Positions 51,757-62,441 of a DNA stretch of 64,000 nt are shown here, in pieces. The position numbers and the translations under genes were made by a program. The stretch's first letter is position 1. Every line of letters begins with the position of its first letter. The notes below the pieces were generated by a model. It was not told the origin of the DNA, did no database searches, and saw only the letters and a program-made list of their open reading frames with translations. This stretch comes from Burkholderiales bacterium (lineage in GTDB: Bacteria > Pseudomonadota > Gammaproteobacteria > Burkholderiales > SG8-39), in the NCBI GenBank assembly GCA_035500055.1, contig DATJXO010000091.1:1197-65196 (forward strand), in the 5' to 3' direction.

Positions 51757-51762
51757 TATAAT
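51757..51762 (+). promoter_or_regulatory. Consensus -10 hexamer upstream of dacC
   Basis: Perfect TATAAT in the 38-bp rlpA-dacC gap, 29 nt before ATG 51791. No clear -35 element. Confidence 0.3.
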
Positions 51763-51790
51763 TCGCGCCCCTTTTCGCGGACCCCGGAAG

Positions 51791-52912
51791 ATGCGTCTCG
51801 CCCTCGCCGTGCTGCTGCTGGCTCCCGCCCTCTCGCTGGCGCAGGCGCCGCAGCCGCCGCAGTTGGTGGCGCGCGCCTGGGTCCTCGCCGACCTCTCCAG
51901 CCACCAGATCCTCGGCGCGGAGCGCCCCGACGAGCGCGCCGAGCCCGCGTCGCTGACGAAGCTGATGACCGCGTACGTCGTCTTCGCGGCGCTGCGCGAC
52001 AAGAAGATCTCGCTCGAGCAGCAGGTCCCGGTGTCGGAGCACGCCTGGCGCGCGCCGGGCTCGCGCATGTTCATCGAGCCGCGGCGGCCGGTGACGGTGG
52101 ACGAGCTGATCCAGGGCATGATCGTGCAGTCGGGCAACGACGCCTGCGTCGCGCTCGCGGAGCTGGTCGCCGGCAGCGAGGACGTCTTCGTCAAGCTGAT
52201 GAACGACGAGGCGGCGCGCCTCGGCATGCGCAATACGCACTTCATGAACGCGACCGGCCTTCCCGACCCGCAGCACTACTCGAGCGCGCGCGACATCGAG
52301 ACCCTGGCGGCGGCGCTGATCCGCGACTTCCCGAAGCAGTACGCGCGCTACTACTCGCAGCGCGAGTTCCGCTACAACGGCATCACGCAGCTGAACCGCA
52401 ACCGGCTGCTGTGGCTCGACCCGAGCGTCGACGGCGTCAAGACCGGCTTCACCGACGCCGCCGGCTATTGCCTGGTCGCCTCGTCCAAGCGCGGCCCGCG
52501 CCGGCTGCTTTCGGTGCTGCTGGGCTCGACCTCGGAGGCGAAGCGCGCCGAGGAGTCGCAGAAGCTGCTGAACTGGGGCTTCCAGCTGTTCGACGCGGTG
52601 CGCCTGTACGCCGCCGGCGCGCCGGTGAAGTCGGTCGAGGTGTGGAAGGGCGCGCGCAACGAGGTGAAGGCGGGCTTCCAGGACGGCCTGGTCGTCAGCG
52701 TGCCGCGGGGCGAGGGCGGCAAGCTGAAGGCCGAGCTGCTGTCGCAGTCGCCGCTCGTCGCGCCGGTGGCGGCCGGCGACCGCGTCGGCGTGCTGCGCGT
52801 CACGCTCGAGGGCAAGCCGCTCGGCGAGTATCCCGTCGTGGCGCTCGAGGCGGTGCCGCTCGCCGGCCTGCTCGGTCGCGCCTGGGATACACTGAAGCTC
52901 TGGACGAAGTAG
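51791..52912 (+). CDS. dacC: D-alanyl-D-alanine carboxypeptidase (PBP5/6 family)
   Basis: Signal peptide. SxxK (PASLTKLM), SxN (QSGND), KTG (VKTGFT). Confidence 0.92.
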   Translation: MRLALAVLLLAPALSLAQAPQPPQLVARAWVLADLSSHQILGAERPDERAEPASLTKLMTAYVVFAALRDKKISLEQQVPVSEHAWRAPGSRMFIEPRRPVTVDELIQGMIVQSGNDACVALAELVAGSEDVFVKLMNDEAARLGMRNTHFMNATGLPDPQHYSSARDIETLAAALIRDFPKQYARYYSQREFRYNGITQLNRNRLLWLDPSVDGVKTGFTDAAGYCLVASSKRGPRRLLSVLLGSTSEAKRAEESQKLLNWGFQLFDAVRLYAAGAPVKSVEVWKGARNEVKAGFQDGLVVSVPRGEGGKLKAELLSQSPLVAPVAAGDRVGVLRVTLEGKPLGEYPVVALEAVPLAGLLGRAWDTLKLWTK

Positions 52913-52922
52913 CGAGGCCCCG

Positions 52923-53789
52923 ATGGTCTTCCTGAACGGCAGCTTCCTGCCCCTCGACGAAGCGCGCGTGCCGGTGCTGGACCGCGGCTTCATTTTCGGC
53001 GACGGCGTCTACGAGCTGGTGCCGGTGTACTCGCGGGTGCCGTTCCGGCTGGACGAGCACCTGGAGCGGCTGGAGCGCAGCCTCGCCGCGGTGCGCATCC
53101 GCAATCCGCACAGCCGCGCCGAATGGCGCGACATCCTGCTGCAGCTGATCGCGAAGCAGCCGTTCGAGGACCAGGGCGTCTACCTGCAGGTCACGCGCGG
53201 CGTGGCGAAGCGCGATCACGCGTTTCCCGCCGCCGCCGTGCCGACCGTGTTCGTCATGGCCAACCCGCTGGTGACGCCGCCGCAGGCGCTGGTCGAGCGC
53301 GGCGCGACGGCGGTGAGCGCGGTCGACGACCGCTGGCTGCATTGCGACGTCAAGTCGATCTCGCTCATCGGCAACTGCCTGCTGCGCCAGGTCTCGGCCG
53401 ACGCCGGCGCCGCCGAGACGATCCTGTTCCGCGGCGGCAAGCTCACCGAGGCCTCGGCCTCCAACGTATTCGTCGTGCGCGCGGGCGCGATCGCGGCGCC
53501 GCCGAAGTCGAACCTGATCCTGCCCGGGATCACCTACGACGTGGTGCTGGAGCTGGCGCAGGCGGCGGGGTTCCGGCTCGAGCTGCGCGACGTGCCGGAA
53601 GCCGAGGTGCGCGGCGCAGACGAGATCTGGCTGACTTCGTCGTCCAAGGAAGTGCTCGCCGTGGTGACGCTCGACGGCAAGCCGGTCGGCGACGGCCGCC
53701 CGGGGCCGCTGTTCCGCAAGATGTACCGGCTGTACCAGGAGTTCAAGCAGAAGGTGATGCGTGCCGGGAAGCAGCGCGAAGCGGCCTGA
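52923..53789 (+). CDS. dat: D-amino-acid aminotransferase (fold-type IV PLP enzyme)
   Basis: VPVLDRGFIFGDGVYE..., ...HCDVKSISLIGN..., EASASNVFVV. Confidence 0.85.
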   Translation: MVFLNGSFLPLDEARVPVLDRGFIFGDGVYELVPVYSRVPFRLDEHLERLERSLAAVRIRNPHSRAEWRDILLQLIAKQPFEDQGVYLQVTRGVAKRDHAFPAAAVPTVFVMANPLVTPPQALVERGATAVSAVDDRWLHCDVKSISLIGNCLLRQVSADAGAAETILFRGGKLTEASASNVFVVRAGAIAAPPKSNLILPGITYDVVLELAQAAGFRLELRDVPEAEVRGADEIWLTSSSKEVLAVVTLDGKPVGDGRPGPLFRKMYRLYQEFKQKVMRAGKQREAA

Positions 53790-54075
53790 GCCGCGCGGGC
53801 AAGGCACGGGCGACGACGCGCGCTCGGCGCTCGCCTTTCCGACCGCCTTTCCGATCAAGATCATGGGCCGCCGGGAGGGCGGCTTCGCGCAGAGCGTGCT
53901 CGACGTGGTGCTGCGGCACGCGCCCGACTTCGAGCCGGCGACCATGGAGATGCGGCCGAGCCGCAAGGGCAAGTACCTGAGCCTGACAGTCACGATCAAC
54001 GCCGTCTCGCGCGAGCAGCTCGACGCGCTCTACCAGGAGTTGTGCGACCACCCGACCGTAGTGATGGTGCTGTGA
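53761..54075 (+). CDS. ybeD: YbeD/DUF493-family protein
   Basis: FPTAFPIKIMGRREGGFAQSVLDVVLRHAP...GKYLSLTVTINAVSREQLDALYQEL. GTG start is the first codon after an in-frame stop. Confidence 0.82.
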   Translation: MPGSSAKRPEPRGQGTGDDARSALAFPTAFPIKIMGRREGGFAQSVLDVVLRHAPDFEPATMEMRPSRKGKYLSLTVTINAVSREQLDALYQELCDHPTVVMVL

Positions 54076-54692
54076 ACCTGGTCGAGGAGCGGGTCGCGGT
54101 GAAGCAGCTCGGCCGCGCCGGCTACGAGCCGATCCTGGCGGCGATGCGCGAATTCACGGCCCGGCGCGACGCCCATACCCCCGACGAGCTGTGGCTGGTC
54201 GAGCATCCGCCGGTCTACACACTCGGCCAGGGCGCCGACCCGGCGCACGGGCCGAGGCTCGCCAACGGCATCCCGGTGCTGCGCGCCGACCGCGGCGGCG
54301 AGATCACCTACCACGGGCCCGGCCAGGCGGTGCTCTACGCGCTCGTCGACCTCGCGCGCCGCGGGCTGAAGGTGAAGCGCTTCGTCTGGCTGCTCGAGCA
54401 ATGCGCCATCGACCTCGTCGGCGGGCGTGCCGCGCGCCGGCCCCGCGCGCCCGGCGTCTACGTCGACGGCGCCAAGGTCGCCGCGCTCGGCGTGCGCATC
54501 TCGCGCGGCTGCAGCTACCACGGCCTCGCGCTCAACGTGGACATGGATCTAGCGCCGTTCGCCGCGATCGATCCCTGCGGCATGCCGGGGCTGGCGGTCA
54601 CCGACCTGAAGTCGCTCGGGATCGGCCTGTCGGCGGCGCAGGCGGGCGCGCGGCTCGCGGCGCTGCTGGCGCGGAGGCTCGAGCATGCGTGA
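54072..54692 (+). CDS. lipB: Octanoyltransferase
   Basis: GTG start (GTGA overlap). [48 protein letters not shown]. Confidence 0.9.
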   Translation: MNLVEERVAVKQLGRAGYEPILAAMREFTARRDAHTPDELWLVEHPPVYTLGQGADPAHGPRLANGIPVLRADRGGEITYHGPGQAVLYALVDLARRGLKVKRFVWLLEQCAIDLVGGRAARRPRAPGVYVDGAKVAALGVRISRGCSYHGLALNVDMDLAPFAAIDPCGMPGLAVTDLKSLGIGLSAAQAGARLAALLARRLEHA

Positions 54693-55620
54693 GGCCGGGG
54701 TCAAGGAGAAGGGCGCGGGCAAGACGCGGCCGCTCAAGTTCGTGCGCAAGGAGGCGCTCGCCAAGCCCGGCTGGATCCGGGTGCGCGCGCCGTCGCCGGG
54801 CTCGCGCTTCCACGAGGTGAAGCGCATCCTGCGCGAGCAGCGGCTGCACACCGTATGCGAGGAGGCGTCATGCCCGAACATCGCCGAGTGCTTCGGCAAG
54901 GGCACCGCGACCTTCATGATCCTGGGCGACCTGTGCACGCGGCGCTGCCCGTTCTGCGACGTCGCGCACGGCCGGCCGCTCGCGCCCGACCCGGAGGAGC
55001 CGAGGCACCTCGCGGAAACCATCCGGGCGCTGAAGCTGCGGTACGTGGTGGTCACCAGCGTCGATCGGGACGACCTGAAGGACGGCGGGGCGCGGCATTT
55101 CGCCGATTGCATCGGGGAAATCAGGCGGCAGGCCCCGGGAACGACGATCGAGATCCTGGTGCCCGACTTTCGCGGCCGCCTCGAGCGTGCGCTGGAAGTG
55201 CTCGCGGCGGCGCCGCCCGACGTCATGAACCACAACCTGGAAACCGTGCCGCGGCTCTACCGCCGCGCCCGCCCCGGCGGGGATTACGCGCATTCGCTCG
55301 AGCTGCTCTCTTCCTACGGCAGGCGCAATCCAGCGACGCCGACCAAGTCCGGCCTCATGGTCGGGCTCGGCGAAACCGACGAGGAGATCCTCGCGGTGAT
55401 GCGTGATCTCCGCGCGCACGGGGTCGGGATGCTGACGATCGGCCAGTACCTCGCGCCTTCCGGGCACCACCTCCCGGTGGAGCGCTACGCCCCACCGGAG
55501 AGCTTCGAGCGGTTCTGGCGCGAGGCCGCGGCGATGGGTTTTCGCCACGCCGCGATCGGCCCGCTCGTGCGCTCGTCGTACCACGCCGACCGGCAGGCGC
55601 ACGAGGCGGGCGTCGGCTAG
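54685..55620 (+). CDS. lipA: Lipoyl synthase
   Basis: [13 protein letters not shown], radical-SAM [10 protein letters not shown], ...VTSVDRDDL... Confidence 0.96.
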   Translation: MREAGVKEKGAGKTRPLKFVRKEALAKPGWIRVRAPSPGSRFHEVKRILREQRLHTVCEEASCPNIAECFGKGTATFMILGDLCTRRCPFCDVAHGRPLAPDPEEPRHLAETIRALKLRYVVVTSVDRDDLKDGGARHFADCIGEIRRQAPGTTIEILVPDFRGRLERALEVLAAAPPDVMNHNLETVPRLYRRARPGGDYAHSLELLSSYGRRNPATPTKSGLMVGLGETDEEILAVMRDLRAHGVGMLTIGQYLAPSGHHLPVERYAPPESFERFWREAAAMGFRHAAIGPLVRSSYHADRQAHEAGVG

Positions 55621-56120
55621 TCTTCGCGCACCACCATCCCGTCCTTCACCGACGCGACCCCGTTCACGGCGGCCGCGACCTTCATCGCCCTGGAGCGCTC
55701 GGCTTCGCTCTTGACGAAGCCCGACAGCAGCACCTGGCCGTGCAGCGTCTCGACACTGACGTCGAGCGAGCTGGTCTCGAGCGCCTTCATCAGCGCCGCC
55801 TTCACCTTCGCGGTGATGACGCTGTCCTCGACGTAGTTGCCCGCGACCATGCGGTCGTGGATCGCCTGCGCCTTGACAAACTCGCCGGCGTCCAGCTTGC
55901 CGTCCTTGTTGGCGTCGGCCTCGTCGAACGCCTTGCCGTAGCCCTTCAGCTCGCCGCGGCTGAGGAAGCCGTCGTGGTTGCGGTCGAGCTGCTGGAAGCG
56001 TGCGTCGCTCGAGGTCTGCGCCGGCTCGGCCGCCGCGGCGAGGCTCGGCGCGAAGGCGAACGCAGCGGCCGCCGCCAGCGCGATCGTCGAGATGCGTGGG
56101 TATGCAAAGGTTGCTTTCAT
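55617..56120 (-). CDS. Secreted protein with two EF-hand Ca-binding loops fused to a BON domain
   Basis: Signal peptide. EF loops [12 protein letters not shown] and [15 protein letters not shown] region [70 protein letters not shown]. Confidence 0.82.
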   Translation of the reverse strand: MKATFAYPRISTIALAAAAAFAFAPSLAAAAEPAQTSSDARFQQLDRNHDGFLSRGELKGYGKAFDEADANKDGKLDAGEFVKAQAIHDRMVAGNYVEDSVITAKVKAALMKALETSSLDVSVETLHGQVLLSGFVKSEAERSRAMKVAAAVNGVASVKDGMVVRED

Positions 56121-56240
56121 GGTCTTCTCCTTTCTCGGATGGCAAAACAGGAACGCAGGCCTTGCGCCGGCCCGCTCCCGGGATTCTGCAAGCCCCGTGC
56201 CACCGGGCCGAATGCCGCTGCCTCAGTGACTTGGCGCCGC

Positions 56241-56260
56241 GGCGTGACGCGCGTCACGCC
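56241..56260. promoter_or_regulatory. Perfect 20-bp palindrome in a divergent promoter region
   Basis: GGCGTGACGC|GCGTCACGCC, immediately followed by GTATAT. About 70 nt upstream of ATG 56331. Confidence 0.5.
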
Positions 56261-56330
56261 GTATATGTCGCCTCCCGGGGACAGAAATCCCGGATAAGCT
56301 TTGGACCGTCCTGACACGGGAGGAATTCCA

Positions 56331-57023
56331 ATGGCACTTCGAATCGCCCGCGGCCTGTGCGCCGCCCTGGCGCTGACGCTTGCCGGCGCTGCGCACGCCG
56401 GCGCGCTCGATGCGCTCACCAACAAGGACGCGACCGCGGGCCTGAAGGCGGCGCTGGAGAAGGGCTCGGGCGTCGCCGTCGACCTGCTCGGCCGCACCGA
56501 CGGCTTCTTCGGCAACGCCGCGGTCAAGATCCCGCTGCCCGATTCGCTGAAGAAGTACGACAAGCTGATGCACACGTTCGGGATGGGCAAGTACGCCGAC
56601 GAGCTGGAGCTGACCATGAACCGCGCCGCGGAAGCCGCGGTGCCGGAGGCGAAGAAGCTCTTCGTCGACGCGGTGAAGAAGATGACCGTGCAGGACGCGA
56701 AGGGCATTCTCACCGGCGGACAGACCGCCGGCACCGAGTACTTCAAGCGCACCACCTCCGAGCCGCTGCGCGCCAAGTTCCTTCCCATCGTGAAGCGGGC
56801 GACCGCCAAGGTGCAGCTCGCCGCGAAGTACAACGAGTACGCCGGCAAGGCCGCCAAGTTCGGCCTGGTCAAGAAGGACCAGACCAACCTCGACGACTAC
56901 GTGACGCAGAAGGCGCTCGACGGGCTGTTCTACATGGTGGCCGAGGAGGAGAAGAAGATCCGCCAGGACCCGGTCGCGGCCGGCAGCAGCATCATCAAGA
57001 AGGTCTTCGGCGCGCTCAAGTAG
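56331..57023 (+). CDS. DUF4197-family secreted protein
   Basis: Start re-set to MALRIARGLCAALALTLAGAAHA (RBS GGGAGG). ...AAVKIPLPDSLKK..., LDDYVTQKALDGLFYMVAEEEKKIR. Confidence 0.8.
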   Translation: MALRIARGLCAALALTLAGAAHAGALDALTNKDATAGLKAALEKGSGVAVDLLGRTDGFFGNAAVKIPLPDSLKKYDKLMHTFGMGKYADELELTMNRAAEAAVPEAKKLFVDAVKKMTVQDAKGILTGGQTAGTEYFKRTTSEPLRAKFLPIVKRATAKVQLAAKYNEYAGKAAKFGLVKKDQTNLDDYVTQKALDGLFYMVAEEEKKIRQDPVAAGSSIIKKVFGALK

Positions 57024-57028
57024 CGCGC

Positions 57029-57400
57029 TCAGCCCGCTGCCGCGCGGCCGTACGCGTAGACGCGGCAGCCCTCGATGAATTGCCAGGTCTTGCCGGTGCA
57101 GGCGTCGGGGTCGGAGATCTCGCGGGCCGCGGCCCAGGAGAACCCGGCGCGGTACCTCGGGCAGCTCGCGGCGTCGCACGGATAGCCGCCGAACCGGGCG
57201 CTCGCCGCCTGCTGCGCCGCCTGCTGCGCCGCCGGCGCGGACTGCGGCGCGGGCGCCGGCTCCGGCCGGGCGCGCGGCGCCGGCGCTTCCTGCGCCGTCT
57301 CGGAAGCGGCGGCCTTCGCCCCGGGGGCGCGAAACGGCGCCAGCATGAACGCGGCGAAGGCCACGGCGAGCAGCAGCAGCAGCGTCGGCCAATCCCTCAT
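57029..57400 (-). CDS. Small membrane-anchored/secreted Cys-containing hypothetical protein
   Basis: N-terminal hydrophobic segment, A/P/Q-rich linker, C-terminal module with 4 Cys (YPCDAASCP...DACTGKTWQFIEGC). Confidence 0.6.
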   Translation of the reverse strand: MRDWPTLLLLLAVAFAAFMLAPFRAPGAKAAASETAQEAPAPRARPEPAPAPQSAPAAQQAAQQAASARFGGYPCDAASCPRYRAGFSWAAAREISDPDACTGKTWQFIEGCRVYAYGRAAAG

Positions 57401-57406
57401 CGCCGC

Positions 57407-58383
<977 letters not shown>

Positions 58384-58530
58384 CGACTGCGGCTTTTCCC
58401 GGACCGTTTAATTTGCGTAAGGATGAGAGCCGAAAGGGTATACCGCGAGAGTACCGGACAATCCGGCAAGTTTTGGTACCGCAGCCGTGCAGGCTATTTC
58501 TAGTTATGCCTCACGCAGCATACGCAGCCC

Positions 58531-58953
58531 ATGAAGCCTCGAATCACGCTAATTACCCTTGGGGTTGACAACCTAGAGAAGGCGGTACGGTTCTACCGCG
58601 ACGGTCTTGGCCTAAAGACCGAGGGCATAATCGGGAAGGAGTTCGAACATGGGGCGGTGGCTTTCTTCGATCTCCAATCCGGACTGAAGCTTGCGCTGTG
58701 GCCGCGATCAAGCCTCGCGCATGACGTGGGAATCGACGTCAATCCGAAAAGTCGCACCGAGTTCAGCATCGGTCACAACGTGTCTTCGAAAGCCGACGTC
58801 GACAGCGTGATGGCGCAAGCAGCTAAGGCGGGCGCAGTCATCGTCAAGCCTGCACAGGACACCTTCTGGGGAGGGTATGCCGGTTACTTCCAAGACCCCG
58901 ATGCGCATCTTTGGGAGGTCGCGTGGAACCCTCAGTGGGTTGCGGCGGAGTGA
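58531..58953 (+). CDS. VOC (glyoxalase/bleomycin-resistance/dioxygenase) family protein
   Basis: ITLITLGVDNLEKAVRFYRDGLGL..., GYAGYFQDPDAHLWEVAWNP. The gene is markedly lower in GC than its neighbours. Confidence 0.85.
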   Translation: MKPRITLITLGVDNLEKAVRFYRDGLGLKTEGIIGKEFEHGAVAFFDLQSGLKLALWPRSSLAHDVGIDVNPKSRTEFSIGHNVSSKADVDSVMAQAAKAGAVIVKPAQDTFWGGYAGYFQDPDAHLWEVAWNPQWVAAE

Positions 58954-58994
58954 GGCAGAACATGGCAGTGGTGCGGACGGCAAAGCCCCCCGAT

Positions 58995-59666
58995 TTAGCC
59001 CCTGCGCGCGGCGTCCTGGATGTCTACAACCTCGAGGATCGGCCTCGGATAGCCGTGCCGGGCCACTGAAAGCATCGCCAGGCCGACCTCTTCGGAGGTG
59101 ACCAGCGATCGCGGGCTGACCGCCTGGATGAGCCAGAAGGCGGGCTTCGCCAGGAGGTAGGCGGCGCGATAGAGCGCGGTCTTCGAGCGCACGGCGTGTA
59201 GCGGGCGGATGACGCCGGGCCGGAACATGTAGGCGGCCTTGAACCCGAGCTTCAGCAGGTCGTTCTCGGTCTTGCCCTTGACCCTCGCCCACATGCGCTT
59301 GCCGCGCTCGCTGCTGTCGGTCCCGGCGCCCGTCACGTACACGAACGTCATTGCCGGGTTGGCCTTGGCCAGCAGCCGGGCCACGCTCAACGTCAGGTCG
59401 TACGTGATCCGGGTGTAGTCAATCTCGCTCATGCCGACGGAGGACACGCCGAGGCAGAAGAAGCACGCGTCGAACGGGGAAAGCCCGGCTTCGACGGCGC
59501 GCAGGTCCGTGAGGTCGGGAGCCACGACATTGGCGAGGCGCGGATGATCGACGTCGGTGCGGGTGCGTCCCACCGCCACGACGCGCCCGACGTCGGGTGC
59601 GTTCAGGCACTCGCGGAGCACGCTCTGGCCGACCATGCCGGTCGCGCCGAAGATCAGGATGTCCAC
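58995..59666 (-). CDS. NAD(P)H-binding atypical SDR/epimerase-like protein
   Basis: MDILIFGATGMVGQSVL (Rossmann GxxGxxG), 223 aa, 10 nt downstream of the polA stop. Confidence 0.82.
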   Translation of the reverse strand: MDILIFGATGMVGQSVLRECLNAPDVGRVVAVGRTRTDVDHPRLANVVAPDLTDLRAVEAGLSPFDACFFCLGVSSVGMSEIDYTRITYDLTLSVARLLAKANPAMTFVYVTGAGTDSSERGKRMWARVKGKTENDLLKLGFKAAYMFRPGVIRPLHAVRSKTALYRAAYLLAKPAFWLIQAVSPRSLVTSEEVGLAMLSVARHGYPRPILEVVDIQDAARRG

Positions 59667-59676
59667 GCGCCCGATC

Positions 59677-62424
59677 TCAGTGCGCTTGGTCCCAGTTGTC
59701 GCCGACGCCCACGTCGACGACGAGCGGCACCTCGAGCGTCGCGACGTTCTGCATCAGGTCGCGCAGCTTTTCCTTCACCCGCTCGAGCTCCGGCTCCGGC
59801 ACTTCCAGCACCAGCTCGTCGTGCACCTGCATGATGAGCAGCGACTTCAGCTTTTCTTCGTCGAGGTGCTTCTGCACCGCGATCATGGCGAGCTTGATGA
59901 GGTCGGCGGCGGTGCCCTGCATCGGCGCGTTGATCGCGGCGCGCTCGGCCGCGGAGCGCCGCGCGGGCGAGCCCGAGCGGATCTCGGGCAGCCGCAGGCG
60001 CCGGCCGAACACGGTCTCCACGTAGCCGTCCTTGCGCGCTTTTTCGCGCGTCGCGTCCATGAAGCGCTTCACGCCCGGGTAGCGCGTGAAGTAGGAGTCG
60101 ATGTAGGCCTGCGCCGTGGCGCGCTCGATGCCGAGGTTCTGCGCCAGGCCAAACGCGCTCATGCCGTAGATGAGGCCGAAGTTGATCACCTTGGCGGTGC
60201 GGCGCTCGTCCTTGCTGACCTTGTCGAGCGGCACGCCGAAGACCTCCGCCGCGGTGGCCTGGTGCACGTCGTGCCCATGCGCGAAGGCGTGGCGCAGCCC
60301 CTCGTCGCCCGACAGGTGCGCCATGATGCGCAGCTCGATCTGCGAGTAGTCCGCCGACACGATCCGCGATCCCGGCGGCGCGATGAAGGCCTCGCGGATG
60401 CGCCGCCCCTGCGCCGTGCGGATCGGGATGTTCTGCAGGTTGGGGTCGTTCGACGCCAGCCGTCCCGTGACCGCGGTGGCCTGCGAATACGTGGTGTGCA
60501 CGCGCCCGGTCCGGGGGTGCACCATGCGCGGCAGCTTGTCGGTGTAGGTGGATTTCAGCTTCGCCAGCGCGCGGAATTCCAGCAGCAGCTTCGGCAGCGG
60601 ATAGTCGAGCGCGAGCTCGGTGAGCACGTCTTCGTCGGTCGAGGGCTGGCCGGAGGGCGTCTTCTTCTTCACCGGCAGCTTCTGCCGCTCGAACAGGATC
60701 TCCTGGATCTGCTTGGGCGAGTTCAGGTTGAAGGGCTGGCCCGCGGCGGCGTAGGCCTCCTGCTCCTTGGTGAGCATCTCGCGGCCGAGCTCGTGGCTCT
60801 GCGCCTCGAGCTTCGCGGCGTCGAGCAGCACGCCGTTCCTCTCCATGCGGATCAGCACCGAAAGCACCGGCATCTCGATCGATCGATAGACGAACTCGAG
60901 CTTTTCGTCGGCGAGCATCTTCTGCGAGAGAACCGAATGGACGCTCAAGGCGCAATCGGCGTCCTCGGCCGCGTACTCGGTCGCCCGGGCGATCTCGACC
61001 CCGGAGAACGGGATGCGGGACGCGCCCTTGCCGGTGACCTCGTCGTAGGTGATCGTCTTCCAGCCGAGGTGCCGCTCGGCGAGCGAGTCGAGGTCGTGCC
61101 GCTCGTGCACTTCCCAGACGTAGGACTCGAGCAGCGTGTCGTGCGCGATGCCGGCCAGTTGCACGCCGTGGTTGGCGAGCACGTGGGCGTCGAACTTCAG
61201 GTTCTGGCCGACCTTGGCGCGCCGGCCGCTCTCCAGCCAGGGGCGCAGGCGCCCGAGCGCGTGTTCCAGCCCGAGCTGCGCCGGCGCCCCGGGGTATTCG
61301 TGCGCCAGCGGCAGGTACCACGCGTCGCCGCCGCAGGCGAACGACATGCCGACGAGCCGCGCCAGCATCGGCTCGAGGCCGGTGGTCTCGGTGTCGAATC
61401 CGGCGAGCTCGGCGCCCTCCAGCGCGCCGAGCAGCTCGTTGAGCTGCGCCTCGTCGAGGACGCTGCGGTAGCGCCGCCGCTCGACTCCGGCCGGCGCCGC
61501 CGCCGCCGGCTGGGCGGGTGCGGGCTGCGGCCTGCGGGCCGTCGGCGCCGGCGCCGCGTCCTGCTCCCGCAGCAGCGTGCGCAGTCCAAAGCGCTCCGCG
61601 AGCGCCCGCAGGCGCTCGGGATCGGGTGCGTGCGCCGCGAGCTCCTCCAGCGCCACCGGCAGCGCCACGTCGCGCTTCACCGTCAGCAATTGGCGGCCCT
61701 TGGGCAGCCACTCGAGGGTGCGCTTGAGGTTCTCGCCCACTGCGCCCGGAATATCGCCGGCGTGCGCCATGACCTCCTCCAGCGAGCCGTATTGCTGGAT
61801 CCACTTCGCCGCGGTCTTCGGGCCGACCTTGGGGACGCCGGGGACGTTGTCGACCGCGTCGCCGACCAGCGCCAGGTAGTCGACGAACTGGCGCGGCGCG
61901 ACGCCGAACTTGCGCTGCACGCCCTCGGCGTCGAGCGTCTCGTTGGACATCGTGTTGACGAGCGTGACGCGCTCGTCGACCAGCTGCGCCAGGTCCTTGT
62001 CGCCGGTGGAGACGATGCAGGTCCAGCCGCGGCGGCGCGCCTCGTCGGCGAGCGTCGCGATGACGTCGTCGGCTTCGACGCCGGGCACGGCGAGCACCGG
62101 CCAGCCGAGCGCGGCCACCGCGTCCTTCAGCGGCTCGATCTGGCGCGCGAGGTCCTCGGGCATCGCGGGCCGGTTGGCCTTGTAGTCGGGATACACGTCG
62201 TCGCGGAAGGTGCCGCCCTTGGCGTCGAACACGCAGGCGCGCGCCGCGCCCGGGTGCTCGGCGCCGAACCGCCGCAGCATGTTGATGACGCCGTGGATCG
62301 CGCCGGTCGGCTCGCCCTGCGGGCTCTTCAGCTCCGGCAGCGCATGGAACGCCCGGTACAGATACGACGAGCCGTCCACGAGGAGCAGGGTTTTTGCCGC
62401 GTCGTTCGCCGCCATCAGGGTCAT
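59677..62424 (-). CDS. polA: DNA polymerase I
   Basis: 5'-nuclease LLLVDGSSYLYRAFHA. Polymerase motifs DYSQIELRIMAH, RRTAKVINFGLIYG, QVHDELVLE. 915 aa (start ATG 62424 or 62415). Confidence 0.97.
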   Translation of the reverse strand: MTLMAANDAAKTLLLVDGSSYLYRAFHALPELKSPQGEPTGAIHGVINMLRRFGAEHPGAARACVFDAKGGTFRDDVYPDYKANRPAMPEDLARQIEPLKDAVAALGWPVLAVPGVEADDVIATLADEARRRGWTCIVSTGDKDLAQLVDERVTLVNTMSNETLDAEGVQRKFGVAPRQFVDYLALVGDAVDNVPGVPKVGPKTAAKWIQQYGSLEEVMAHAGDIPGAVGENLKRTLEWLPKGRQLLTVKRDVALPVALEELAAHAPDPERLRALAERFGLRTLLREQDAAPAPTARRPQPAPAQPAAAAPAGVERRRYRSVLDEAQLNELLGALEGAELAGFDTETTGLEPMLARLVGMSFACGGDAWYLPLAHEYPGAPAQLGLEHALGRLRPWLESGRRAKVGQNLKFDAHVLANHGVQLAGIAHDTLLESYVWEVHERHDLDSLAERHLGWKTITYDEVTGKGASRIPFSGVEIARATEYAAEDADCALSVHSVLSQKMLADEKLEFVYRSIEMPVLSVLIRMERNGVLLDAAKLEAQSHELGREMLTKEQEAYAAAGQPFNLNSPKQIQEILFERQKLPVKKKTPSGQPSTDEDVLTELALDYPLPKLLLEFRALAKLKSTYTDKLPRMVHPRTGRVHTTYSQATAVTGRLASNDPNLQNIPIRTAQGRRIREAFIAPPGSRIVSADYSQIELRIMAHLSGDEGLRHAFAHGHDVHQATAAEVFGVPLDKVSKDERRTAKVINFGLIYGMSAFGLAQNLGIERATAQAYIDSYFTRYPGVKRFMDATREKARKDGYVETVFGRRLRLPEIRSGSPARRSAAERAAINAPMQGTAADLIKLAMIAVQKHLDEEKLKSLLIMQVHDELVLEVPEPELERVKEKLRDLMQNVATLEVPLVVDVGVGDNWDQAH

Positions 62425-62441
62425 TCTAGTAAAATCCCTTC

